64,000 bases of DNA. Origin: an uncultured virus (IMG/VR IMGVR_UViG_3300010049_000003) (lineage: Duplodnaviria > Heunggongvirae > Uroviricota > Caudoviricetes). The DNA lies in the IMG/VR virus record IMGVR_UViG_3300010049_000003. The stretch is one strand, 5' to 3'. Positions 48,966 to 58,316 of the stretch are shown here, piece by piece. Each line of letters starts with the position of its first letter. Position 1 is the first letter of the stretch. The notes under the pieces are model-generated. The model saw only the letters and a program-made list of their open reading frames with translations, made no database searches and had not been told where the DNA came from. Both the position numbers and the translations under genes were made by a program.

Positions 48966-49555
48966 GATACCTGCTACTTGCCTTGTTGCCGCTGGTGGCG
49001 CAGGCAGCCCCCTGTCCGACTCAGACAGATGTTGCCATGGTGGTGACCCCCGGCTTTTCCTGTAACGAGGGGGATAAAACCTTCTCGGATTTTATGGTGT
49101 CCGATGCGCCGATGGGGGCGGCCATACTGTTCGAGCCCACTGGGGCGAAGACGTTCCTGCTGTCGCTGTCGCGGGACGGGAATCTGTTCGAGCCCGGGAA
49201 AGTACAGTTTGATTATACGGTTACGGCTACTAGTGCCAGCATAACCCTGGGAACCGTCGGGGTGGACGTGCCGACCATCGATCCGGATGTTATAACCGTA
49301 AGCTCGATGAATGGTATGGTCCTGGAGCCGAAGACCTTAATCAATGGTGGCACGGCTAGCATCGAGTTTCATCCGCCGGTGCAGAGTGTTGAGGTGACAA
49401 ACTCGTCGGTCGTTCTGAATGGTGACGTCCTCACCAGCATCAGCAATACTTTCACACAGGTTCCAGTGTCAGTACCTGAGCCTGCATCCCTCGGCCTGAT
49501 GGCGCTCGGGCTCGGGGGGCTATTGGCCATGCGCCGTAAAGGAGTCGCACGATGA
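48962..49555 (+). CDS. PEP-CTERM sorting-domain protein
   Basis: Signal peptide ..VAQA; beta-rich domain with a Cys pair; VPEPASLGL + transmembrane helix + RRK. Confidence 0.9.
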   Translation: MRYLLLALLPLVAQAAPCPTQTDVAMVVTPGFSCNEGDKTFSDFMVSDAPMGAAILFEPTGAKTFLLSLSRDGNLFEPGKVQFDYTVTATSASITLGTVGVDVPTIDPDVITVSSMNGMVLEPKTLINGGTASIEFHPPVQSVEVTNSSVVLNGDVLTSISNTFTQVPVSVPEPASLGLMALGLGGLLAMRRKGVAR

Positions 49556-49710
49556 GCACGGAAAAGCACCACGAGCACGAAGAGAAGCAGAAATCGCCCC
49601 ATCCGGAGCCCGGTCAGCAGCCCGGTCAACCGGGCCAGCAGCCGAAGCCCGGTCAGCAGCCGGAATCTGACGAGGGTGCTGTGGCTGGACAGATTGGCCG
49701 CAAAGGCTGA
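49552..49710 (+). CDS. Short low-complexity PGQQ-repeat peptide (52 aa, absent from the ORF track)
   Basis: AAGGAG RBS, ATGA overlap; MSTEKHHEHEEKQK..PGQQPGQPGQQP. Confidence 0.55.
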   Translation: MSTEKHHEHEEKQKSPHPEPGQQPGQPGQQPKPGQQPESDEGAVAGQIGRKG

Positions 49711-49793
49711 GTAGAAACGAGGGGCATCCGGTAACCTTGTGTGTGTCATGTCGTGTCTCCCGCCGGATGTCCCCTCTCTTATCCTTACCAGAC

Positions 49794-49864
49794 GGGACGG
49801 GTTGGTACAGGCCAGTTACTCTCGCCCAGTAGCCTGCCTGAGGGTTCGACTCCCTCCTGTCCCA
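49794..49864 (+). ncRNA. Degenerate tRNA-like element (nominal anticodon CGC, reduced D-arm)
   Basis: Acceptor GGGACGG/CTGTCCC+A; T-arm GAGGG-TTCGACT-CCCTC; 7-nt loop CTCGCCC. Confidence 0.55.
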
Positions 49865-49878
49865 TTGGCCCTTCTTCT

Positions 49879-49951
49879 GGCCAGGTAGCTCAGATGGTAG
49901 AGCGGGAGGGTGAAGTACTTCGCGACGGTGGTTCGATTCCGCCCCTGGCCA
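49879..49951 (+). tRNA. tRNA-Phe(GAA)-like, non-canonical anticodon arm, no encoded CCA
   Basis: GGCCAGG/CCTGGCC; D-arm GCTC-AGATGGTA-GAGC; T-arm GGTGG-TTCGATT-CCGCC; G31.A39 mismatch. Confidence 0.75.
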
Positions 49952-50115
49952 TTACGAAAAAGCCTCGGGGGTTATGCAAGAATTGCCGGTGGTCAGAGCC
50001 CATCATACACAAAACGGATATCTTATCCTGCCACCGCTATCCGCCTGCGCGCAGGGGGCAGCCGTGGCCGGTTGTAAAGTTAAGCGATTTCTGTGGTGAG
50101 TACCAAAGTAGCTGA
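49894..50115 (+). CDS. Small Cys-rich protein, paralogous pattern to 33505-33756 (start uncertain)
   Basis: CKNC..C.RYPP..WPVV...FCGEY. Confidence 0.5.
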   Translation: MVEREGEVLRDGGSIPPLAITKKPRGLCKNCRWSEPIIHKTDILSCHRYPPARRGQPWPVVKLSDFCGEYQSS

Positions 50116-50125
50116 CGGAGGATCG

Positions 50126-50380
50126 ATGGCGAAACCTAAAGAAAAATTTAGAATTCCGGGACCCCCGGGGCCGATGGGCCCTGCGGGAAGCAGTGAGAAT
50201 ACCGACAAGCTGATTGACCAGATGCTGCGCGCCCTCGAGGTACAGGCAGTGGTCATTAATGCCCTGAGTCACGCTATAGAGGCGCTGGACGCGCACTCAC
50301 AGCATGATAAGGATGAAGAAGATGATGACGAGGAGGATGGGGAAGAAGGAGAGGATAAAGAAGAGCATGAGGAAGACTGA
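50126..50380 (+). CDS. Hypothetical protein with acidic tail
   Basis: GGAGG RBS; TGATG coupling to the terminase small subunit. Confidence 0.6.
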   Translation: MAKPKEKFRIPGPPGPMGPAGSSENTDKLIDQMLRALEVQAVVINALSHAIEALDAHSQHDKDEEDDDEEDGEEGEDKEEHEED

Positions 50381-50793
50381 TGCCACGTGCTATTGAAGTC
50401 ATCGTACCGCGCCGGGACTTTCACCCTACGGACGAGATCCGTGAGGCAGTAGCAAAGATGGTTGCCTGCGGGTTGGATGAACTTGATATAGCGTTCTTCT
50501 TGAAGATCGAGCCGCTCGATGTGCGCCGGGTGTTCCGGGACGAGTTGCGGCATGGCACCGCCTACTTCATTGGTAAGGTAGGTGGTGCCATGATCGATTC
50601 CGCCCTGCGTGGGGATGTAAATGCCCAACGGGCTTTCCTGCAGATGCGGGGCCGCTGGGCAGCTCCCACGCGCGCGGAGGCAGATGACAATACTGCACAA
50701 CAGGACGTGGATAGTAAGCGTAGGCTGATGAATAGCATTATAGATATGGTGGAAGCCAAGGTTGAACCCCCGAAGGAGAAGGTGCGCAGATGA
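50380..50793 (+). CDS. terS: Terminase small subunit
   Basis: HTH-like N-terminus; 'EL..G', 'A..GD..A..F.L..R..W'; upstream of terL. Confidence 0.7.
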   Translation: MPRAIEVIVPRRDFHPTDEIREAVAKMVACGLDELDIAFFLKIEPLDVRRVFRDELRHGTAYFIGKVGGAMIDSALRGDVNAQRAFLQMRGRWAAPTRAEADDNTAQQDVDSKRRLMNSIIDMVEAKVEPPKEKVRR

Positions 50794-51071
50794 AACACAA
50801 GCATAAAGAGGAACAGGAGCCACAGACTGAGGTCGAGCTTTCCACAAAGGAACCCAGGAATCAGGAGGAGGGCAAGGAGGATGCGAACGAGGTGAAGCGA
50901 GTGCCCGAGAATACCGTCTCGATCAGGGATCATGGCGGCACCGAGTTCATGCGCTTCGACCCCAGTGGTGAGAAGGATGTAGTACAGGTAACCGTCTGCG
51001 GTACCACGCAGCGGGTAAAGCTCGAGACCCTGCAGTCCTTGAAGGATGCCCTGGAACAAATGCTGAAGTAG
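50790..51071 (+). CDS. Hypothetical protein
   Basis: Coupled between terS and terL. Confidence 0.6.
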   Translation: MKHKHKEEQEPQTEVELSTKEPRNQEEGKEDANEVKRVPENTVSIRDHGGTEFMRFDPSGEKDVVQVTVCGTTQRVKLETLQSLKDALEQMLK

Positions 51072-51072
51072 C

Positions 51073-52653
51073 ATGAGTCTACGGTTTTCCAGTCCGTTCG
51101 ACGATCCCGGTGCGAGCCTCCACGACCGTCTAGCGGCGTTGTCAACGCAGGAACTGGCCCTGCTGGAATGGCGCATGCGATGGAAAAAGCAGGGCCGTCC
51201 CAAGCAGCATCCCCCTGCCTGGGCCTGGGATACCTGGGGCATAATGTCGGGGCGCGGTTTCGGCAAAACGCTTACAGGGTCCCATTGGGGAAGTATCCTG
51301 GCGTGCCTCAATCCCGGGACGTTTGGGGCTGTGATTGCCCCGACGTTGGACGATGCCCGCTACACGAACTTTGAGGGCCCGACCGGGATCGTCACCATTA
51401 CTCCTCCAGGGCTGATAACCGACTACAATAAGTCCGACCTGATCTTGTATTATTGGAACGGCTCGATGATTCGTGGTTTCGGGTCAGAAAAGCCAGACAG
51501 GCTGCGCGGGCCACAGCATCACTGGGTATGGGGAGATGAGGTTGCCGCCTGGGAGTATGCAGAAGACACCTGGGATATGATGGAGTTTGGGCTGCGCCTC
51601 GGTGACGAGCCCCAGATAATGTGGACGACTACTCCCAAGCCCTTGCCGATCGTAAAGATGCTGGTTGCACAGTGTGCGCGGGACCCGCAGCGGCATGTGC
51701 TGGTTACAGGTAGCACCGACGAGAACCGCGAAAATCTCACGAAGCGTTTCTACGAGCGTGTTGCCCGCTACCGGGGCACCAAGATAGGCCGACAGGAGCT
51801 TGAGGGCGAGCTGATTGACCTCGAGGAATCGGGAATAGTACAGAGGAGTCAGTTCCGGCTGTGGCCGTATGACGACCCGCTGCCCCATTTCGTGCACATA
51901 GTGCTGTCATTAGATTCTGCCTATACTGAGAAGACCTTTGATCCCCGCAGAAAGGAGCCTGACCCATCAGCGTGTGTGATTTTTGGGCTGTTTGACATCA
52001 AAGAAGTATATCATGTAATGATCCTTGACGTGTGGCGGCGCTGGCTGGGCCTGCCTGACCTGATTAAGAGGGTCAAGCATGAATTCAACAAGACCTGGGG
52101 ACAGATTGATGTGCCCCTACTGCAGAAAACCGTTATTCCCAGTCGATGGACTGGCAACGCCGTGGCCTCCGGAAAAGGAATCGACGTCCTGCTTATCGAA
52201 GATAAGGGTTCCGGCATATCTCTACGACAATCCTTGTCAATGGAAAATATATTCATGGAGCCATACAACCCTGGACGTGCTGACAAACTGGCCCGAATGC
52301 ATGCCATTACGCCTATGGTTGCTCATGGGCGGGTGTGGGTACCGGAAAGTGGCAAACGTCCGGGACATATCGTAGACTGGCTCGAGACCGAATATGAAGA
52401 TGAGAACCCGGAGTTTGATCCGGATCGGGCACAGCCGGGATTTATTCCCGAGGTGTGCACCTTCCATGGGCCCGGGACGACGACCCACGACGATTATGTA
52501 GATGCTTTTTCCCAGGGGCTGAGATATTTCATGCATAAATTTGTGCTGACATTTGTGACCGGATACTCGGAGGAAGAGCGGTTGCAGATGTTGCAGGAAG
52601 ATGAGAAGATCCGGGCAGAGCATGGGCGACATTATAATCCATATGCGGCTTAG
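51073..52653 (+). CDS. terL: Terminase large subunit
   Basis: Walker A GRGFGKT, 'LRGPQ..WGDE', 'TTTP', RNase H acids 'SLD.A' and 'HDDYVDA'. Confidence 0.95.
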   Translation: MSLRFSSPFDDPGASLHDRLAALSTQELALLEWRMRWKKQGRPKQHPPAWAWDTWGIMSGRGFGKTLTGSHWGSILACLNPGTFGAVIAPTLDDARYTNFEGPTGIVTITPPGLITDYNKSDLILYYWNGSMIRGFGSEKPDRLRGPQHHWVWGDEVAAWEYAEDTWDMMEFGLRLGDEPQIMWTTTPKPLPIVKMLVAQCARDPQRHVLVTGSTDENRENLTKRFYERVARYRGTKIGRQELEGELIDLEESGIVQRSQFRLWPYDDPLPHFVHIVLSLDSAYTEKTFDPRRKEPDPSACVIFGLFDIKEVYHVMILDVWRRWLGLPDLIKRVKHEFNKTWGQIDVPLLQKTVIPSRWTGNAVASGKGIDVLLIEDKGSGISLRQSLSMENIFMEPYNPGRADKLARMHAITPMVAHGRVWVPESGKRPGHIVDWLETEYEDENPEFDPDRAQPGFIPEVCTFHGPGTTTHDDYVDAFSQGLRYFMHKFVLTFVTGYSEEERLQMLQEDEKIRAEHGRHYNPYAA

Positions 52654-52858
52654 TCAACAGACACATGCGAAGTATATGAGGAAATGGCGAAGAAATCCCG
52701 GGCGCCGTGAAGAGGCTGCGGATTATCTGCGATCCTATCGGGCAGGGATGCATCTGTATACGCACGACACTGAGCAGTGGGATGGGCTATTGGCGTTTGC
52801 TAGGCGACCTCCGGTACGCGTCCTGCCGCCGGTCGAGCACGCAGGCTTGGAGATCTAA

Positions 52859-55537
52859 ATGGCCGTACCTCCAAACATGATGCCGCCTCCGGGTGCCCCC
52901 AACCCGATGATGCAGATGATGAACCCGCCTCCAGGGCCGAGGCTCGCGGAAGAGGGCGAATGGGTAAATCTGCCGAAGGAGACCGATGCAGATGTCGTTG
53001 ATACCCCTGACGGCGGTGCCGACATTACAATGTCGCCCGGGAATCATTTCCCTACTGCCGACGCGACTCGGTTCTATGACAATCTCGTAGAGTCCTTGCC
53101 GCAGGATTATCTGGACAACATTGCCCTGGAGTTGTTGCAAAAGATCGAACGCGACAAGGAAGCTCGAGAGAAGCGCGATGAGCAATATGCTGAAGGTCTT
53201 CGTCGTACCGGTATCGGCAAGGATGCTCCGGGAGGTGCGGATTTTCAAGGCGCTTCCAAAGTTGTACATCCTATGCTTACCAAAGCATCGGTCGAGTTCG
53301 AAGCACGGGCAATGAAAGAGGTGTTTCCTGCCCGTGGGCCGGTAAAGACTTTCATTCCCGGGACTCTCACCAAGAGGCGGCTCGAGAAAGCGGAGCGGCA
53401 GGCCAAGTATTATAACTGGTTAATGACTACTCAGATGCCGGAGTTCCGGCCCTATCTCGAGCAGACATTGACACAGGCGGCGCTCGGCGGGGTGCAATAT
53501 ATGCGGCATCGCTGGGATGCCCGCTTACGGCGCACTACCTCTATGACCATTCACCAGGATAAGTTATTCTTGCCCTACGATGCGGCTTCCTTGTGGGCAG
53601 CGGAGCGTGTGGTATTCGAGGATGATATCAGTGAGCTGGAATATCGCAACCGCGTCCGGGACAAGATATATGTAGATATTGATCTCATGCCCGTGTCCCT
53701 GCGGCCTGATGAGGGAAAATCGGCGGAGGCTCGAGCGAAATCTGAGGGTAAGGAGGTATGGGAGCCATACAATCAGGACGGCATCAGGCGCACGTATGAG
53801 GTGAATACTTATTTTGACGATCTCGAGGAGAAGCTGACGAGCGGGTCGCAGGGGCCAACGGATATGTCCCTGCCATATCTGGTGTTTCTGGATGAGGCTA
53901 CTCACCGGGTCCTGGGAATCCAGCGTAACTGGGAGCATACTGATAAGACTATGCAACGGTTGCATTGGATCGTTGAGTGGCCGTTTGTGCCCTGGGTCGG
54001 GGCCTATCCGATTGGCATGGTGCATATGATAGGTTCGCTGTCTGGTGCCGCAACCGGGGCGCTTCGTGCCCTGCTCGATGCTGGGCATATTGCGAATCAG
54101 AACACGAGTTATGTGCTCAAGGGGCCCAATATCTCTGGCCAGTCGCGTAATGTGATGATTGCACAACAGAACTATGTTCAAGGAGGGGTAGGTGGCGATG
54201 ACATCCGAAAACTCCTCTATCCGATTACACCCCAACAACCCTCTATTACACTGTTCCAGTTGCTCGGATTCCTTGTGGATTCGGGAGAGCAGATGGTGCG
54301 GACGACCTTTGAAAATCTGTCCGAGAATAACCCGAACGCACCGGTGGGAACTACATACGCCCTTATTGAGCAGGGTCTTGCGGTGGTCTCGACCATTATT
54401 GGTCGGATGCACTTCGCAATGTTCAACACCTTGCAGGTATTGCACCGCATTTCTCGCCTGTATGTCACCGACGCCGAGATCCATGATGAAGCGGGTGAGT
54501 TATTGGCTTATCGTGAAGATTTTCAGGGTCCCTGCGACGTCATCCCTGTATCTGATCCGGGCATACCCTCCGATGCCCACCGATTCGCCCAAATGCAGGT
54601 CGTCGCGCAGCGCGCAGATATGAAGCCGATGGTGTATAACCAACGGCGTGTAGAAAAGATGGTGTTGGAGAGGTTACGGGTCCCTGACCCGGATTCGTTC
54701 CTGATGCCGATAGCCGAACCGGTCGAGATGAATGCAGCCAATGAGAACACTGCGCTGTGTTTCGCTAGACCGATCGTAGCCTTCCCACATCAGGATCACA
54801 TTGCTCATCTGCAGACCCATATCGATTTCATAATGTCCCCGGTCCTGGGGATGCTGCCGATGATCGGGTCGAAGGTCCTGCAACCATTGCTCAATCACCT
54901 TGGGGAGCATGTGGCGTTGTGGTATCTTGGGAGGGTTTATCATACTATCGATCAGAATCTCGTTGGTGATCTAGATAATTACATGACTATTACGGATGAG
55001 AATGTTAAGCGTGAACTGGATATGACGATCGCCGCGGCATCCAAGCGGGTAATGCAGGATGCACTGGCCATACAGCAGGGCCTACAATTGCCGGTCGTCA
55101 TTCGGAAAGCACAGCAGATGATCCAACAGCTTACACCCCCTCCGCAGGACCCACGGATGGCAGCAGAATTGCAGAAAGAGCAGATCCGGCAGCAGGGCCA
55201 CGACAAGGACCGGATGTCGCGCGAGAAGGTGGTACAGATACAGCAGCAGGGGCGGCAGCAGGAAAAGCAGGCCGATACCCAACAGGAGATGGGCAGGCAA
55301 CAGTCAGAAGGACAACGGGCCCAGGCCAAGAATATTTCGGACCTGCAGCAGACATGGTTGGAGCAGCAGTTCCAGAACGCGCGACAGGAACAGGCTGACC
55401 AGACCAAAGAGAAGATTAATCTCGAGGACAATCAGACGGCCCTGTCGATTTCGGCTGCTGAGATTGCGGCAGGGAAACATGCTAGCCTGTCGACGGGCCG
55501 TGGAACGTCGCGCGAAGGCAGAGGAGCATCACGCTAA
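52859..55537 (+). CDS. Portal protein
   Basis: 892 aa directly after terL; 'F.GAS.V.HP.L', 'LR.L.DAG'; Gln-rich coiled-coil C-terminus. Confidence 0.85.
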   Translation: MAVPPNMMPPPGAPNPMMQMMNPPPGPRLAEEGEWVNLPKETDADVVDTPDGGADITMSPGNHFPTADATRFYDNLVESLPQDYLDNIALELLQKIERDKEAREKRDEQYAEGLRRTGIGKDAPGGADFQGASKVVHPMLTKASVEFEARAMKEVFPARGPVKTFIPGTLTKRRLEKAERQAKYYNWLMTTQMPEFRPYLEQTLTQAALGGVQYMRHRWDARLRRTTSMTIHQDKLFLPYDAASLWAAERVVFEDDISELEYRNRVRDKIYVDIDLMPVSLRPDEGKSAEARAKSEGKEVWEPYNQDGIRRTYEVNTYFDDLEEKLTSGSQGPTDMSLPYLVFLDEATHRVLGIQRNWEHTDKTMQRLHWIVEWPFVPWVGAYPIGMVHMIGSLSGAATGALRALLDAGHIANQNTSYVLKGPNISGQSRNVMIAQQNYVQGGVGGDDIRKLLYPITPQQPSITLFQLLGFLVDSGEQMVRTTFENLSENNPNAPVGTTYALIEQGLAVVSTIIGRMHFAMFNTLQVLHRISRLYVTDAEIHDEAGELLAYREDFQGPCDVIPVSDPGIPSDAHRFAQMQVVAQRADMKPMVYNQRRVEKMVLERLRVPDPDSFLMPIAEPVEMNAANENTALCFARPIVAFPHQDHIAHLQTHIDFIMSPVLGMLPMIGSKVLQPLLNHLGEHVALWYLGRVYHTIDQNLVGDLDNYMTITDENVKRELDMTIAAASKRVMQDALAIQQGLQLPVVIRKAQQMIQQLTPPPQDPRMAAELQKEQIRQQGHDKDRMSREKVVQIQQQGRQQEKQADTQQEMGRQQSEGQRAQAKNISDLQQTWLEQQFQNARQEQADQTKEKINLEDNQTALSISAAEIAAGKHASLSTGRGTSREGRGASR

Positions 55538-55683
55538 TGGCAAGACCACCGTTGAGGCAGCGTTATCAGATGGCCACTGGCGATCTGAACGCACCGCTCC
55601 GGCCAGTGGATAGGGGTTCTTCGAGGAATCCTGGTTACAAGCGGGGCGGTCATGTTAAACATCACAAAGGAAGGAGAAAATAA
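55537..55683 (+). CDS. Small basic peptide with YKRGGHV motif (48 aa, absent from the ORF track)
   Basis: TAATG coupling at both ends; GGAG RBS. Confidence 0.65.
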   Translation: MARPPLRQRYQMATGDLNAPLRPVDRGSSRNPGYKRGGHVKHHKGRRK

Positions 55684-56000
55684 TGCGGATTCATCACCGA
55701 ACACCGGGAAAAGAACAGCATAGGCTGCATGGCCATCACATTCATGGCCATCATTCAGGATCGCGTAAGCGTGGCTTACCTGGTCACCATCATGATGTTC
55801 ATGCTCATGAGGGGACCTTGCAGGGCGGCTTGCGGGGCCACCACCATGACACGCACGAGTCACATGGATTTCATGTGTCCGCTGGCGTGTATCATCACAA
55901 AACTGGTCAAGGGCCGTTCCGTGGCCAGCGGGGCCCAAGTGATACACCTTTTGGCCATTTTCCCCATAGTGGTGGGACGCTGGCAAATCGTAGGTGGTAA
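55683..56000 (+). CDS. His-rich protein (24 of 105 residues His)
   Basis: AGGAG RBS and TAATG coupling. Confidence 0.55.
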   Translation: MRIHHRTPGKEQHRLHGHHIHGHHSGSRKRGLPGHHHDVHAHEGTLQGGLRGHHHDTHESHGFHVSAGVYHHKTGQGPFRGQRGPSDTPFGHFPHSGGTLANRRW

Positions 56001-56026
56001 CTTGACGAAGTGACGAGGGGTGTGCG

Positions 56027-56233
56027 ATGATCGCACCGGAGACGATTCTGAGGTTGCTGGACCGGCTGAAGACCGAGTGGGCATTAGATGTAGCAGAGAA
56101 CCCTGATAAGGGAAATGCGACGTTCTGCCTGGGGCTGCTTTATGGCCGGACACAGGCAATCGAGTTAATTCGGGGTGGAATCCTGGACATGATCAAAGAA
56201 GAGGAGGATGAAGATGGCGCTGGCAGCAGTTAG
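56027..56233 (+). CDS. Small head-cluster protein
   Basis: GAGG RBS; between portal and GroES. Confidence 0.65.
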   Translation: MIAPETILRLLDRLKTEWALDVAENPDKGNATFCLGLLYGRTQAIELIRGGILDMIKEEEDEDGAGSS

Positions 56234-56669
56234 CCTTAATGTAGCTCCAATCAAGTTTGATCAGACGCTGGCGGACGCTTTTCCGGACGTGGACCCGGGT
56301 GTGCGACCATTTGGTAGCCGCGTGTTGGTCCAGGTGAGATCGGTGAAGCAGCGTTCTGCCGGTGGCATCGAACTGGTAAAGGAGACGCAGGAAACGGTAG
56401 CCTACAATACGCAGGTAGGTAAGGTAATTGCCATGGGGCCCTATGCATTCTGCAACAGGGATACCATGATGGAATGGCCTGAGGGCGCGTGGTGTAAAGT
56501 AGGTGATTTTGTGCGGATTCCCAAGTATGGGAACGATGACAGGTGGGAGCGAGCGGTGCTTGGAGGCGATGACATAGTGATGGGTACAGCCATGTTTGCC
56601 ATGTTTAATGATCTCCAATTGCTGGGGCTCGTTACCTGCGATCCGCGTGATATCGTAGCATTCATATAG
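56214..56669 (+). CDS. groES: GroES-like co-chaperonin
   Basis: 'P.GSRVLV......SAGGIEL', 'GKVIAMGP', 'KVGDFV..PKYG'. Confidence 0.85.
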   Translation: MALAAVSLNVAPIKFDQTLADAFPDVDPGVRPFGSRVLVQVRSVKQRSAGGIELVKETQETVAYNTQVGKVIAMGPYAFCNRDTMMEWPEGAWCKVGDFVRIPKYGNDDRWERAVLGGDDIVMGTAMFAMFNDLQLLGLVTCDPRDIVAFI

Positions 56670-56678
56670 GTGAAGTCC

Positions 56679-57695
56679 ATGGCAAAAGAAACAACCTCCG
56701 GTAAAGACGATACTCGGGAACCCGAGATCGAAGTCATTGAGGAGGATCTCCCAGAAGGTACTAAGACTGAAGAGGAAGCCCCAAAGCCAGTTGCTGGTGA
56801 TGATTATGATAGGGACGAGGATGAAGGTAGAGATGAACGGCCAGCCGTAACGCCCGGACAGGGCGAAGGCGGGCAGGTCTCACCGGAATTGACGGCCCGT
56901 CAGCGCCGCCGGCAACGAGAGCGGGATGCGCGGAATGCGGAGCGAGTAGAGCTTGCCCGGTTACGATCCGAGAATGAGCAGCTACGGAGCCATGCAGCGC
57001 AGACCGATAGGCGAATCTCCAATGTAGAGACATCTGCGATCGACAACCAGATAGCCTCGGTCGAACAGGAGATACATAAGGCCAACACCGTTATGTCGCG
57101 TGCCATGGCAGCGCAGAACGGTGAGGATTTTGTTGAGGCCCAGAATATCCGCGATGTCCTGCGGGACCGGCTAAATGAGCTACGGCGGATTAAAGGGGCG
57201 CAGGAAGAGCGTGACAAGCGTCCGGCGCAGGGGCAACAACAGGGGCAACAGCCTGGGCAGTGGCGACCGACTAAAGAGCAGGTCCATAATGCTAGGATGT
57301 TCCTGCAGCGGCATCCCTGGTACCGGATTAATGGCACTGACGAAGATTCACAAACAGTTACCAGTATCGATAATGAAATGATGGCCCAAGGCGGGAATCC
57401 CAGTACCGCTGAATATTGGATGGAGCTGGAGCGGAGAATAAATGAAGAAATGCCGCACCGTGCTCCCAAGCAGGAGGCAACCCGGGCGGCTACGAATGGC
57501 AATGGACAGGCTGGTGGCCCGCGACTCCCCGGAGGTGGAGGGGGCGGGGGTTCGGACACAGTGCAGAAATTCCATCTATCTGCTGCTCGTAAGCAAGCGC
57601 TAATCGATCTGGGTGTCTACGATGACCCCGAAAAGCGCATGAAGCACATCAAGCGCTTTATCGAGTGGGATAAAGCAAATGCAGGCAAGAAATAG
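56679..57695 (+). CDS. Putative capsid scaffolding protein
   Basis: Acidic N-terminus, long coiled coil, upstream of the capsid genes. Confidence 0.7.
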   Translation: MAKETTSGKDDTREPEIEVIEEDLPEGTKTEEEAPKPVAGDDYDRDEDEGRDERPAVTPGQGEGGQVSPELTARQRRRQRERDARNAERVELARLRSENEQLRSHAAQTDRRISNVETSAIDNQIASVEQEIHKANTVMSRAMAAQNGEDFVEAQNIRDVLRDRLNELRRIKGAQEERDKRPAQGQQQGQQPGQWRPTKEQVHNARMFLQRHPWYRINGTDEDSQTVTSIDNEMMAQGGNPSTAEYWMELERRINEEMPHRAPKQEATRAATNGNGQAGGPRLPGGGGGGGSDTVQKFHLSAARKQALIDLGVYDDPEKRMKHIKRFIEWDKANAGKK

Positions 57696-57704
57696 GAGTT
57701 GACG

Positions 57705-58256
57705 ATGACCTCTGAACGGGATGTAAGACTGACCAACCGCAATACCAAGTCGGAAGAACGAGCTGACCGGGCAGACGGGGATCGTTCCGTCACCGAAGAC
57801 CGGCAGACTATCGATAAGGAGCGTTTGGAGCAGTTTCGGCGTTTATTTGTAGCTGAAAAGCTTCCAAACCTTCCCAAGATTCCTGGGTTCCATACCATCT
57901 GGCTCACGACTACTAACAATGCAGATCCGATGCATCGTAGAATGCAGATGGGGTACATACTAATCAAATCGACCGAGATTCCGGGCTATGACGACGCGGC
58001 TATAAAAGAGGGTCCGTATGCCGGAGTTATTGGTTGTTCTGAGATGGTGGCGGCGAAGTTGCCGATGGAGCTTTACGAGTTGTATATGACAGAGGCGCAT
58101 CACACTCAACCGTTGAGAGAAGAAGAGCGGTTGCGTGCGATCATCGATGTCATAGAACAGGAGGCGGCCCGTAAAAAGGCACGCATTGAAGTGGAAGAAG
58201 GAAGCCGACAGCTTGGGCGACGCACACCGAAACCCAAGTTTGCGGACGTTTCCTGA
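57705..58256 (+). CDS. Head-cluster hypothetical protein
   Basis: 'LP.IPG.H..WL', 'MGY'; AGGAG RBS. Confidence 0.65.
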   Translation: MTSERDVRLTNRNTKSEERADRADGDRSVTEDRQTIDKERLEQFRRLFVAEKLPNLPKIPGFHTIWLTTTNNADPMHRRMQMGYILIKSTEIPGYDDAAIKEGPYAGVIGCSEMVAAKLPMELYELYMTEAHHTQPLREEERLRAIIDVIEQEAARKKARIEVEEGSRQLGRRTPKPKFADVS

Positions 58257-58316
58257 TAGGAGCGGCAATATGGGAATCGGAGGTGCGCCATGACATATTA
58301 ACTTCAGGAGCGAACA

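Noticed and set aside
52428..52440. Further copy of the gcacagccgg promoter motif
   Set aside because: Lies inside terL coding sequence with no -10 element; likely chance
55729..56013. Hydrophobic alternative-frame ORF
   Set aside because: The 55683 frame has the RBS and TAATG coupling; not fully excluded
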